DNA of 64,000 bases from an uncultured bacterium (GTDB lineage: Bacteria > Babelota > Babeliae > Babelales > Vermiphilaceae), in assembly GCA_963707655.1 (NCBI GenBank), contig OY970172.1, positions 96,001 to 160,000 on the forward strand, in the 5' to 3' direction. Position numbers and translations under genes: made by a program. Every line of letters starts with the position of its first letter. Within the stretch, counting starts at the first letter, position 1. Under the pieces are notes generated by a model. It saw nothing but the letters and a program-made list of their open reading frames with translations, had not been told where the DNA came from and did no database searches. This document shows, piece by piece, positions 1 to 10,092 of the stretch.

Positions 1-322
1 GCGGCTCAGTGCGCATGATATTTTTTTTAAGATAAGCGGTGGCTTTAAAGTTAAAGAAAGTGCGGCAGATTTAGGCATAGCACTCGCATTGCTTTCAAGC
101 TACTTTCAACAAGCGTTGCCCGAGAAAACAATTGTATTGGGAGAAATTAGTTTGACGGGGCAAATTAAACCGATTAATCAAATTAACAGTTTTATTCGAG
201 AAGCTGAAAAATTTGGCATAAAACAATTGCTTGTTGCGCGAAATCAGAAACTAGAGAAGACAACGTGCAAGATACGCAGCTTCACCAATGTCTACGAACT
301 GCTCACTCTATTCAGCGCATAA
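1..322 (+). CDS. radA: DNA repair protein RadA/Sms, 3' part only (5' end outside the window)
   Basis: Frame open from base 2: RLSAHDIFFKISGGFKVKESAADLGIALALLSS...GEISLTGQIKP...EAEKFG, typical of the RadA Lon-like C-terminal domain. Confidence 0.9.
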   Translation, partial: RLSAHDIFFKISGGFKVKESAADLGIALALLSSYFQQALPEKTIVLGEISLTGQIKPINQINSFIREAEKFGIKQLLVARNQKLEKTTCKIRSFTNVYELLTLFSA

Positions 323-419
323 GAATTTTGCTTTCATTTTATTCCTTTTTTATCTCTTTTATTATTATAATGCAGAAGATTATACTCGTAGAATAGGATA
401 ATTCAAAAGGGGAAACGGA

Positions 420-1592
420 ATGAAAATATTGTCATCGTTGAGAAGCATAGTCATTATTTTACTTTTCATGGGAACAATGATTCTCTCAGCAGATCATGCC
501 GAAGATGCGCATACGTGGGCCATCATTGGCTTTGGTCCCGCCGGTATAGTGACGGCTGGGTTGCTACTTGATCTGGGTGTTCCGGCAAAAAATATTATTT
601 GTGTCGATCCTGAATTTAATGTTGGCAGATTGGGTCAATATTACAGCAATGTACCGAGCAATACCAAAACAAAGTTATTCGTAAATTTCATTAAAGCGTG
701 CAAAACATTTCAGGAATGTAAATCGGCAGCCATAGATATGCTGTATACCTATGATCAGGATTTTGAGTATCCGTTGCGTATTATTATTGATCCACTCAAA
801 GACATTAGCGATTATTTGCGAACAAAGGTTGTTTCAATAGAAGGTTCCATCCAGTCGCTCTATTTTGAAAATGGGCAGTGGCACATTGCAACCCAATCAA
901 ACCAACGTTTTACCGCAGACAATGTGGTTCTTGCTACCGGATCGCGCCCGCGCAGCCTTGATTATCAGTGCACCAATGAAATTGGCCTCGATACTGCGCT
1001 GAGTAAAGAATGTTTGGCACAATCAGTGAACCGGGAAGATTCATTGGCTGTTGTTGGGAGCTCTCATTCTGCGGTGCTCGTGCTCAAATTTTTATCTGAG
1101 CTTCAGGTAAAAAGAATAGTTAATTTTTATAAATCTCCTCTGCAATATTCGGTTGATATGGGTGCGTGGACGCTGCACAATGCAAGCGGACTCAAAGGAA
1201 TTGCTGCGCAATGGGCCAAAGAGGTGCTTGAAAAAAATCCTCCGGCAAACCTTATGCGCGTATACAACAGTAAAGAAGCGCGCGATGCATGGTTGGGCGT
1301 ATGCAATAAAATAATTTATGCCGTTGGCTTTGAGCGCAACGATCTGCCGATTATTAACGGCGACGCGAGTGAAGTTTCTTATGATGACTGCTCAGGAACA
1401 ATAGCGCCGCGCCTTTTTGGTATCGGTATAGCTTTTCCTGAAAAATATACTGACCCTTTGGGGAATGTTGAGCATCGTGTTGGGTTGAATAGCTTTATGG
1501 AATATGCCCAGCGCATAGTGCCTGAATGGCTGGCAAAAGAGCGCAATCGTTTTGATTCGTTTGAGCAGCTTTTTACTATTGATGTAATGTAG
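420..1592 (+). CDS. FAD/NAD(P)-binding oxidoreductase (pyridine nucleotide-disulfide oxidoreductase-like) with an N-terminal signal-like segment
   Basis: GFGPAG dinucleotide-binding motif, VLATGS, second Rossmann motif VVGSSHSA, IYAVGF. Confidence 0.75.
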   Translation: MKILSSLRSIVIILLFMGTMILSADHAEDAHTWAIIGFGPAGIVTAGLLLDLGVPAKNIICVDPEFNVGRLGQYYSNVPSNTKTKLFVNFIKACKTFQECKSAAIDMLYTYDQDFEYPLRIIIDPLKDISDYLRTKVVSIEGSIQSLYFENGQWHIATQSNQRFTADNVVLATGSRPRSLDYQCTNEIGLDTALSKECLAQSVNREDSLAVVGSSHSAVLVLKFLSELQVKRIVNFYKSPLQYSVDMGAWTLHNASGLKGIAAQWAKEVLEKNPPANLMRVYNSKEARDAWLGVCNKIIYAVGFERNDLPIINGDASEVSYDDCSGTIAPRLFGIGIAFPEKYTDPLGNVEHRVGLNSFMEYAQRIVPEWLAKERNRFDSFEQLFTIDVM

Positions 1593-1624
1593 CAAGCATA
1601 GTAGAGAAAAAATGAGGAACAGAT

Positions 1625-2014
1625 ATGAAGCAGAGAATATATTGGAAAAAAATAAGTGCGGCGAGTGGCATAGCCGTTTTGATGCCTTTTGCATTGGTGC
1701 GTTTGTGGAATATTCTTGATTTGTTTCATGGGCAAAATAGAGTTCTTGCTTACCTGAAAAGCAGCTTTTTATTTAACAATTTGGCCATTGTAAAGTTTGG
1801 TGTTATTGCAACGGTGCTCTATTCGGCCATGATTTTTGGTTCAAAAGCGTATGATGATGAGTTGGGTGCGGGCTTTATTTTAGGGTCAGCATTATCTGTT
1901 TGCTGGTTCTGCTATGCCGGCTCTGGGGATGCATTACAACAAGACATTTTATTATTTGGGGCATTGATTGCGCTTGTTGGGATTACCATGGGGTTAGGCA
2001 AAGAACAGTCATAA
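1625..2014 (+). CDS. Hypothetical membrane protein
   Basis: About 4 hydrophobic segments; SD-like GAGG upstream; shares a repeat unit with the next gene. Confidence 0.65.
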   Translation: MKQRIYWKKISAASGIAVLMPFALVRLWNILDLFHGQNRVLAYLKSSFLFNNLAIVKFGVIATVLYSAMIFGSKAYDDELGAGFILGSALSVCWFCYAGSGDALQQDILLFGALIALVGITMGLGKEQS

Positions 2015-2027
2015 AAAAAGGAGTGTT

Positions 2028-2702
2028 ATGGAATTTAAAAAAATAATTGATCAGATTTTAGCACCGGTCGTGGCGGTTGCTGTTCCTGCTCTGTGTCATT
2101 ATATAGCGGTCTTTTCTGCAACTTTACCGTTTTCTTTGTATGCATATGGACAAAATTTAAGTTATCCATTGATTCATGCAGTGAGCGGTGTGCTGTTTAT
2201 TATCATCGGCGCATTGCTTCATTTTCAGGGCATTGGTGCGGGCATGATTCTCGGCGGGGCTGTTGCAGCGCTGTTAAGTTCTTTTGATTTTTTTCTGTTT
2301 ATACATGATTATTCGGAAGTAACTCTTTTAGTACCGGCTCTGCCGCGCATGATTTTTTTTGGCGCCGGCCTTGCGGCATTGATTTTTGCCGCTTATTATG
2401 CTCAACGCGAAACGCTTAAAATATGGGCGGTGCGCTTGGGCATTATGGTATTATTACCTTTTGCTCTGTATGCAGCAATTACCGTTTTTCTGGCGCTGCC
2501 GCCGATCGCTAAACCATTAAAGCGACTATTGTACTATTACTATCGTGAGACCTTTAATTTGTTAATGGTCTTTTGTGGTGTTCTGTTAATTATTATCGGT
2601 TCTCATATTAAAAATAGGGCCGTGCATATGGGCATAGTTTTAGGCGCACTGTTTTGTTTAATGTTTCCTTTGATAGAAATTATAGTGGGGCGCTTTCATT
2701 AG
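2028..2702 (+). CDS. Hypothetical multi-pass membrane protein
   Basis: About 7 hydrophobic segments; AGGAG SD upstream. Confidence 0.7.
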   Translation: MEFKKIIDQILAPVVAVAVPALCHYIAVFSATLPFSLYAYGQNLSYPLIHAVSGVLFIIIGALLHFQGIGAGMILGGAVAALLSSFDFFLFIHDYSEVTLLVPALPRMIFFGAGLAALIFAAYYAQRETLKIWAVRLGIMVLLPFALYAAITVFLALPPIAKPLKRLLYYYYRETFNLLMVFCGVLLIIIGSHIKNRAVHMGIVLGALFCLMFPLIEIIVGRFH

Positions 2703-2847
2703 ATTATTGAAAGAATTTTGCTTTTAAATACTTATTTTTTCTAATTCCAAAAAAATAGCTACTGTTGTTAAAAATTGCAGCAGTTCCTACCGGCTGTTAT
2801 ACTAAAGCGCCAAAATATAAGTATTTTTAAAAAAGAAAACAGTTGAT

Positions 2848-3084
2848 ATGAAGCAAATACTTTTACTCACCGTTATATGCATAAACATTATTAATGGTAT
2901 GGATTCTGCCTCATCTTCTTCATGCACAGCGAATCTAGTTGCTGATTCATTTTGCCTGCAAGCCGAAGCTAATGGCTATGTAGAATTTAAAAACAATGAT
3001 TTCGATAAAAATTTTTATCATGAAGCAGTTTCTTTTTTAATCCCGAGGATCAATTATCCAATGCCTTCAGTTATTAAAAAATAG
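2848..3084 (+). CDS. Small hypothetical secreted protein, possibly a truncated remnant
   Basis: MKQILLLTVICINIING-MDS signal-like N-terminus; only 78 aa. Confidence 0.45.
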   Translation: MKQILLLTVICINIINGMDSASSSSCTANLVADSFCLQAEANGYVEFKNNDFDKNFYHEAVSFLIPRINYPMPSVIKK

Positions 3085-3095
3085 GTTGAGCATGT

Positions 3096-4484
3096 TCATC
3101 TGCCCACCCAATACTCGAGCCATTTCTGGAGCCATCGTTGCAAACGGCCATAGGGCGGATAGCGCAGCGGAAGAGTAAAAAGAGAAGAGCCTTTAACCAT
3201 AGTTTTCATGTTGGAAAACGTCTCAAAGCTTTTTTTCCCGTGATAGCGGCCAAAACCGCTAGCGCCGACACCACCAAAAGGCAGATAGGGGGATCCCGCT
3301 TGAATCATAAGTTCATTAATGCATAAAGCGCCGGAAGAGGTTTGCTGTTGTGCATTTTTTTGCCATTCTTTATTTTTGGTAAAGAGGTAGACCGCCAACG
3401 GCTTTGGATGTTGCCTGATAATATCAAGAGCATTATTAAAATTCGCGTAGCTAATAATCGGCAACAGGGGTCCAAATATCTCCTCTTGCATTATCGGATC
3501 TTGCAGATTTATTTGATCAATAATCGTGGGAGCTATAAATCGCTCCCGTGCGTCAACTATTCCGCCGTGCCTGATAGTGCCTTTGAGCATAAGAGTATTA
3601 AGCCGTTCGATATGTTTTTGATTAATAATTCTGCCATAATCGGCACTTTGCTGTGGATCATCGCCAAAGAACTTAATGATATATTCTTTAAGTAAAACAA
3701 TAAATTGTTCTTTAATAGTTGCATCAACAAGAAGATAATCGGGTGCAACGCAGCTTTGCCCCGCATTTAAAAATTTTGCCCAGACAACTTTTTTTGCGCT
3801 ACTTTCAAGACACGCATCCTGCGCGATAATGCAGGGGCTTTTGCCACCCAATTCAAGCGTTAGTGGCGTGATAGAGTGCGTTGCTGCTTGCATTACTTTT
3901 TTTCCAACGGCGGTGCTTCCGGTGAAAAAAATATAATCAAAATGATGCGCCAAGAGATCTTCTGCCGTATGCGCATCGCCGCAGAGTACGGTAACATAGG
4001 CAGAGGGAAAAGATGCTTTGATGATGGTGCCAAGAATAGCAGCGGTTGCCGGAGCGAATTCAGATGGTTTAATCACCGCGCAGTTACCGGCCGCCAGTGC
4101 ACCAACGAGCGGCTCTAATGATAAATAAAAGGGATAATTCCATGGTGAAATTATGAGGGCGAGGCCATAAGGCTCGTAGCTTATAGAGCTCTTTGCGGGC
4201 CAAAAAATAAGTGGCATTTCAACTTTGGTTGGCTTGCACCAGCTCTTAAGGCAATCAAGCACATGATTAATACTGCAGAGTATCGGATGAATTTCAGTCA
4301 TGTAGGCTTCAAATTCTGGCTTTTTGAGATCGATCGCTAATGCATTAATAATATCACTTTGATGATCAAGAATGGCTTCTTTAAGTCTGAGCAGCTGCAA
4401 AATGCGAAATTCTGCTGTTCTCGTGGCGCCATGAGAAAAAAAAGTTCGTTGCTGTTCAATAAGTGCGGTTATATATTCATTCAC
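3096..4484 (-). CDS. NAD(P)-dependent aldehyde dehydrogenase (ALDH3/YwdH-like)
   Basis: PWNYP, KPSE, FTGST, LELGGKSP, NAGQSC (catalytic Cys), EEIFGP, PFGGVGASG; GTG start at 4484 after AAGGA. Confidence 0.92.
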   Translation of the reverse strand: MNEYITALIEQQRTFFSHGATRTAEFRILQLLRLKEAILDHQSDIINALAIDLKKPEFEAYMTEIHPILCSINHVLDCLKSWCKPTKVEMPLIFWPAKSSISYEPYGLALIISPWNYPFYLSLEPLVGALAAGNCAVIKPSEFAPATAAILGTIIKASFPSAYVTVLCGDAHTAEDLLAHHFDYIFFTGSTAVGKKVMQAATHSITPLTLELGGKSPCIIAQDACLESSAKKVVWAKFLNAGQSCVAPDYLLVDATIKEQFIVLLKEYIIKFFGDDPQQSADYGRIINQKHIERLNTLMLKGTIRHGGIVDARERFIAPTIIDQINLQDPIMQEEIFGPLLPIISYANFNNALDIIRQHPKPLAVYLFTKNKEWQKNAQQQTSSGALCINELMIQAGSPYLPFGGVGASGFGRYHGKKSFETFSNMKTMVKGSSLFTLPLRYPPYGRLQRWLQKWLEYWVGR

Positions 4485-4706
4485 AGTACTTCCTTTAAGG
4501 CTAATTTTTAATGACAGTAACAAAGCTGATTTGTTAAATCTAGAGTTTTAGCCTGTTCTGCGCTGAAAGCAGAGTCTGTATTGATTTGTAATGAATCATT
4601 CAAAAAAACATGTGCCTGCTTAATGGCTTGACAGAATGTTTATTTTGATAAATGATCAGCTCATTAATGAGAAATTGGTGATGAGTAAATCATAAGGAAG
4701 TATGTA

Positions 4707-6197
4707 ATGAAAAGCACTTTGTTTGTAAAATTTTTCTCTTTAATCTTTCTCTTGTTGAATATGTCTTTGTTGGCTTCTGTTGCGCAAAGACACGTTACGG
4801 TTATTGTTCCTTCGTTCAACAACAAAGATTATTATCAACACAATTTAGATTCAGTTTTTAGTCAAACGTATGATAATTTTCACGTCATTTATATCAACGA
4901 TTGTTCTACTGATGGCACCGGAGAGTTAGTCGAGCGCTACCTTGATGAAAACAATGTGCGCCACCGGGTTCATCTTATGCATAATAAATGCAATCGAGGA
5001 GCAATGGCAAATCTTTATCGAGCAATTCATATGTGCCATGATACTGATCTTGTGGTGATTCTTGATGGGGATGACGCCTTTTTACATGAAAATGTATTGG
5101 CATCTATTGAGCGTATTCATCGTGAGCATAACTGTTGGGTTTCTTACGCCCAATTTCTCAACCTTCCTGAAAATAAAGCAGTTGAAGCGGGTTTGAGTGT
5201 AATGGGCTATGCAGCGCCAACTCCTATCGAGGTTATTAAGAACAAAAGTTATCGCCAGCATCCCTGGTCATGGTCCGGGTTACGCAGTTTTGATGCATGG
5301 TTGTTTAAGCAGATTCGCTTAGAAGATTTGCTTGATCGTCGCCCAGGACACGAAGGGGAATTCTTTTCTGTCTGTTATGATAATGCCTGTTTTTTCCCCA
5401 TGCTTGAAATGGCCGGTGAAAAAATGGTCTTTATTACCGATCCGCTGTTATATCGCAATGTTGATACGCCGCTCAATGATTTTAAAGTGAAATCCAGAGC
5501 CGCTGATCGGGCAGAAATACAAAGAGATATTAGAGCCAAACATCCTTATCCCACCATTACGCAACCTGTTTTGACTGATAAACGCGCTCTTAATTACTCA
5601 TGGGCCGATATAGTATTGTTTGCTGATTCTGTTGAGTTGTTGCCGCGTGCCCTTGATTCGTGGGGCAAGGCGACGGGTGTGGGGGATATTCATGTCTGCT
5701 ATAACGCTGAAGACGAAGCTGCTCTAAAAAAAATACAGATGCGGTATCCGGTGATCATAATGCATAATTTAAGTCGCGAGCCATTGCCTGCAATCATACA
5801 ATCACTATTGTGCGAATACGTTGTTTTAACTTCAACCGCCAACTCTAAGCAACAGCTTGATATGACCTCATGCATTAAGCTGCTTAAACAAGCGCAAGCA
5901 CTCTGTTTTTATCTTTCTTATGATGAAAAAAGTTTTTTTGGCGAGAAAAAAATAAATCGTTTTCCTGTTGCGTCAATTACACAGGAGGTAATAGCGTGCC
6001 ATTGTTCCGTATTGCAAGAACATAATGCCTCTTGTAGTCCGTGTAATCGTGTAGCAACTCTTTACCGTAAAAATGATGTAGCGGGCGCATTGCACAATAA
6101 AAATGTTCAGTCGATAGCAGGCTGTGATCAGCTGTTTGCAACAATTCATGCTGCCCCAAATTCCGTAGCGTTGTTATATAAAGTGAGCCCATTTTAA
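4707..6197 (+). CDS. Family 2 glycosyltransferase with signal peptide and an extra C-terminal domain
   Basis: VIVPSFN, INDCSTDGT, LDGDD GT-A motifs; paralogous to the next gene. Confidence 0.85.
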   Translation: MKSTLFVKFFSLIFLLLNMSLLASVAQRHVTVIVPSFNNKDYYQHNLDSVFSQTYDNFHVIYINDCSTDGTGELVERYLDENNVRHRVHLMHNKCNRGAMANLYRAIHMCHDTDLVVILDGDDAFLHENVLASIERIHREHNCWVSYAQFLNLPENKAVEAGLSVMGYAAPTPIEVIKNKSYRQHPWSWSGLRSFDAWLFKQIRLEDLLDRRPGHEGEFFSVCYDNACFFPMLEMAGEKMVFITDPLLYRNVDTPLNDFKVKSRAADRAEIQRDIRAKHPYPTITQPVLTDKRALNYSWADIVLFADSVELLPRALDSWGKATGVGDIHVCYNAEDEAALKKIQMRYPVIIMHNLSREPLPAIIQSLLCEYVVLTSTANSKQQLDMTSCIKLLKQAQALCFYLSYDEKSFFGEKKINRFPVASITQEVIACHCSVLQEHNASCSPCNRVATLYRKNDVAGALHNKNVQSIAGCDQLFATIHAAPNSVALLYKVSPF

Positions 6198-6215
6198 TTA
6201 ATTCGGAGAAATAGT

Positions 6216-7772
6216 ATGTACATGTCTTCTTATATCAAACGTATAGTATTGATGCATTGCGCGTCAATCGTGCTCCTGGCCTGTGGCGATCAGCAGCCCA
6301 TTTGGCAGCAAAGAGTTGACACGAGTGGCGCAGAGCAGCCTTTGGTTATTGTGATCCCGTCATACAATAATGCAGCGTGGATTGAAAGAACGTTGAATTC
6401 AGTTTTTTCGCAAGAATATAGTAACTATCGAGTAGTGTATCTTGACGATTGTTCTACCGATGAAAGTGTTGAGATTATTGAGCGTTACATTCGTGATAAC
6501 CATCTTGAAGGTAAAATTATTCTTGTTAAAAATGATCGCCGGTGGCGCAAATTAAGAAATCTTTATTTAGCTATTCATCGTTATTGTGCCGATGAAGAAG
6601 TGGTAGTAACGCTTGATTGCGATGATTTTCTTGCACATCCTGGTGTATTTAAATTAATTAATGAATTTTATAGTGATCCTGACGTATGGTTTATGTACGG
6701 CGGTGACGAACCGTATCCAAAAGTGGAAGCAGCGCGTTGGGGAATTACCAAGGCAAACTTATCAGCTCCTACACCAGATGCGGTTATTCGCGCCAATAGT
6801 TTTCGTCAATTCAACTGGGTGTATATGCATATTCGCACCTTCCGCGCATGGCTCTTTAAACTGGCAACTATTGATGAAATGGTGTCAGTAAACGTTCCCG
6901 GTTATCAGGGTAAATTTTATCCTGCTTGTATAGATTACATCTTTGTCTATCCAATGCTTGAAATGGCGCAGCGCCACATGCGATACAATGATGAATTTGT
7001 CTATTACTGGAATGCGGCAAACCCGATAAACAGCTTCAAAGTTGATCGTCAGTTGCAAGCTTTGTCTGCCATGGAGACGCGCAAAAAAGCCCCATATGAA
7101 CCATTGATCAAACCAATGCCATATCGCCTTGATCCTTTTAAAGATGCAACGGCCGATCTTGTTATTTTCTCTGATTCTACTCCAGCAGCATTAGATCTGT
7201 TCATACAATCAGCCAAGCAACGGGTCAGTGCCATCGAAAAAATAATAGTGGTATACCAAGCGGATAGCCAAGAGATAGAAAATGCATACCAACAGCTTGC
7301 ACAACAGCACGCTGCTATACAGTGGCATAAGATTACCGATTCTGTTGAATCGTTGCGCACTATGCTGGCGCAAAGTCCTGCGCAGCATTGCGTAGTCACG
7401 CGTGACGCTGTTTCAATAGTAAAGCCAATTAATGTAAATAGCGGCATTCTCGCGTTACAAGAGACGGGAGCTTATGCATTCTTTTACCATTTGGGTGCAG
7501 CACATGGCTGCGTTTGCAGTGCCAGTGGCACTGTGTCGGAAGTGCCTTGCCAAGAAGTTATGGATGATTGGCACGTATGGAAGTTTGCATGCGACACGCA
7601 CAAAGTAATTAAGCAACATGCACCGGCAATGACTTTGTATAGAAAAGCTGATATCACTTCTTTGTTTGATGTGACTGCGGAGAGCATTGATTCGCGTATA
7701 GAGAAATGGGCGGCTGTTCTTCCCGATCAAAACAAGGCCGGAATTTTATTCTCTGAGCCTTGTGTGAAATAG
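6216..7772 (+). CDS. Family 2 glycosyltransferase, possible lipoprotein, with an extra C-terminal domain
   Basis: VIPSYN, LDDCSTD, LDCDD; LLAC lipobox-like motif. Confidence 0.85.
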   Translation: MYMSSYIKRIVLMHCASIVLLACGDQQPIWQQRVDTSGAEQPLVIVIPSYNNAAWIERTLNSVFSQEYSNYRVVYLDDCSTDESVEIIERYIRDNHLEGKIILVKNDRRWRKLRNLYLAIHRYCADEEVVVTLDCDDFLAHPGVFKLINEFYSDPDVWFMYGGDEPYPKVEAARWGITKANLSAPTPDAVIRANSFRQFNWVYMHIRTFRAWLFKLATIDEMVSVNVPGYQGKFYPACIDYIFVYPMLEMAQRHMRYNDEFVYYWNAANPINSFKVDRQLQALSAMETRKKAPYEPLIKPMPYRLDPFKDATADLVIFSDSTPAALDLFIQSAKQRVSAIEKIIVVYQADSQEIENAYQQLAQQHAAIQWHKITDSVESLRTMLAQSPAQHCVVTRDAVSIVKPINVNSGILALQETGAYAFFYHLGAAHGCVCSASGTVSEVPCQEVMDDWHVWKFACDTHKVIKQHAPAMTLYRKADITSLFDVTAESIDSRIEKWAAVLPDQNKAGILFSEPCVK

Positions 7773-7796
7773 ATAGTTAGAACAAGGTAGATTTAG

Positions 7797-7830
7797 CGCA
7801 CACTGGCTTGAAGAATCCAGTGTGCGTTTT
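7797..7830 (+). terminator. Rho-independent terminator after the GT2 pair
   Basis: CGCACACTGG / CCAGTGTGCG 10-bp stem followed by TTTT. Confidence 0.7.
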
Positions 7831-7928
7831 GCCTTGAAAAGCACTTTTTACTTACAAAAAAAATGAAGCTGCAGTACATTTATGCAAGGTTAATTATTCA
7901 GATAACAATAGTGGGATTTTAATTTATC

Positions 7929-9197
7929 ATGCAAGAATATATCGTTGTTGAACAGTCATTGGAGTTGCACGGAGAACAAGAGCTGGTTGGGGCAAAAAAT
8001 GCGGTGCTGGTGATTATGGCATCTTTGGTGTTAACTGCTGGCAAATCAGTGTTAACGAATGTTCCTGCTTCAAATGATGTTTTTCAAATGATCTCATTGC
8101 TTGAATCTTTGGGTGCCCAGATAGTTTTTGATAAAGATACGCATACATTGCACGTTGACACGAGTAACGTGAACCGGTGGCAGGTCAACCCGGAAGTTAT
8201 GAAAAAAATGCGTGCATCAGTTTTGGTTATGGGTCCATTGCTCGCTCGCTTTGGGCGCGCTTCATTGGCTATGCCGGGTGGCTGTTTACTTGGCGCACGG
8301 CCGATTGATTATCACCTCAAAAATTTCCAGATGATGGGCGTGGCGATTAATATGATTGGTGATGAGCTGCATGCTTCATGCAATCGTTTGCAAGCTCGGC
8401 GACTTGTTCTTGAGTACCCAAGCGTTGGCGCCACAGAAAATTTAATGATGGCTGCCACATTAACGCCGGGCACTACTTCTATTATTAACGCCGCTCTTGA
8501 GCCTGAAGTATATGATCTTATTGAAGTGTTACAAAAAATGGGCGCAAAAATTAACGTTGTATCCTCCGCAACTATTGTGATTGAAGGGGTAAGTGCTCTT
8601 AATCCAATCAATCATGCAATCATACCTGATCGGCTTGAAGCGGGCACACTGCTTATAGCCACGGCAATTACCGGCGGGAGCATTGCATTGCCACAGGCAC
8701 GTGCGGACCATCTTGATTTGGTTTTATACAAATTAGATGAAATGGGGCACAGCATAACTGTTGGTGAGCATGGCAGCGGTGTGTGGTTTAAAGCAACCAA
8801 AAGCCCCCGTGCTGTTTCATTTAAAACAACTCCCTATCCAGGATTCCCCACCGATTTGCAAGCACCCATGATGGCAGCACAATGCCTTGCGCAGGGAACA
8901 AGCATTATTGAAGAGACGGTGTTTGAAAATAGATTATTGCATGTGGCGCAATTGCAAAAAATGGGCGCGAACATTACCGTAAAAGATAATAAAGCGATAG
9001 TTACCGGCGTTGATTCACTCAAAGGGGTTTCTGTTGAGGCAACAGATATTCGTGCTTCTTGTGCGTTGGTACTGGCCGGCATGGTGGCCCATGGCACAAC
9101 GGTGATGAGTAATACGCACCATTTCAAGCGGGGCTATGAAGCTCTTGAAAAGAAATTGAACGCATTGGGTGCGCGTATTAATTTTGTGGAAGAATAA
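7929..9197 (+). CDS. murA: UDP-N-acetylglucosamine 1-carboxyvinyltransferase
   Basis: GAKNA, MRAS, PGGCLLGARPIDYH (catalytic Cys), PDRLEAGT, YPGFPTDLQ, FENR, TDIRA. Confidence 0.97.
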   Translation: MQEYIVVEQSLELHGEQELVGAKNAVLVIMASLVLTAGKSVLTNVPASNDVFQMISLLESLGAQIVFDKDTHTLHVDTSNVNRWQVNPEVMKKMRASVLVMGPLLARFGRASLAMPGGCLLGARPIDYHLKNFQMMGVAINMIGDELHASCNRLQARRLVLEYPSVGATENLMMAATLTPGTTSIINAALEPEVYDLIEVLQKMGAKINVVSSATIVIEGVSALNPINHAIIPDRLEAGTLLIATAITGGSIALPQARADHLDLVLYKLDEMGHSITVGEHGSGVWFKATKSPRAVSFKTTPYPGFPTDLQAPMMAAQCLAQGTSIIEETVFENRLLHVAQLQKMGANITVKDNKAIVTGVDSLKGVSVEATDIRASCALVLAGMVAHGTTVMSNTHHFKRGYEALEKKLNALGARINFVEE

Positions 9198-9229
9198 AAA
9201 AAGGACGGTTTTTGAAGACCGTCCTTTTT
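9198..9229. terminator. Bidirectional terminator between convergent genes
   Basis: AAAAAGGACGGT / ACCGTCCTTTTT inverted repeat. Confidence 0.8.
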
Positions 9230-9242
9230 AATCGTTGGTAAG

Positions 9243-10092
9243 TTATTTCTTATAGTTCCTGAGCAAGGCTTCACGTTCTGCATCGATTTCATCGAGAATT
9301 CGCTCGGTTTCATCAACTTGTCTCAGATTGAAATCCTTGCTCCACATAGCCTTTTGATGTTCTATTTTGGTGTTTACCCACCGATCAATTAACGACTCAA
9401 GCTTAGCTATCGCATCGGGAGTGGCGGCATCTTTGAGGAGCTGTGTTTGCGCTTCGCGAAGATACTGAGCTGCAGCTTGGTCCAGCGCAGCATGCCGCTT
9501 AAAGAGGATAGCACCGTTATCATTCTCCTTGGAATCGCGCCACATCAAGAGGTGATCAGCTGCGCTTATTTCACTATTTTCTTGCGCTCTGACGAGAAAA
9601 GCCAACTGATGCTGCACGGCTGGGGGCTGATTTGCAGCAGAAGATAATAAAGATTTTTTTGCTGCGGTAGCGGCTTTGATAACTGCTTTAGCGTAGTCGT
9701 TTCTCTGGCTTTCTGGCAGAGTTTTGTACGGGTGGGCTAACCGATTGGCTAATGGATTGGTTATGTGTTGATCCAATTTGGCGAGTTGTTGTTTCGTTTC
9801 ATCAGTAAGAGTTTGTTGGTTATTGCCGGTCCAGTAGCGGCGAATCGCTGCAAAAAAGGGATAAAAAATCCGCTGTTTTCAGGGGCAGATTGAATAGCAG
9901 TTGCAGGTTCGGCATTCGTTGTCATTTGTCGTATAGTTTCTTTTGCGCTGTTATTAAAAGCATTTTGTGCCTTATTGGCAGCCTGAGGTGCAACACGTTG
10001 CTGAATATTCTTGCTCCATTGCGGCAACATCGCAAAACTCTTCGCGCTTATCAATAATAAGGCGAAGAGTGATAATGATATTTTTTATTCAT
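9243..10092 (-). pseudogene. Secreted hypothetical protein (about 283 aa) interrupted by two 1-bp deletions in homopolymer runs
   Basis: ATG at 10092 after AAGGA; adding one A to the A6 run (10081-10086) and one T to a T6 run (9852-9868) joins ORFs 9761-10054 and 9243-9776 into MNKKISLSLFALLLISAKSFA-MLPQW... Confidence 0.6.
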
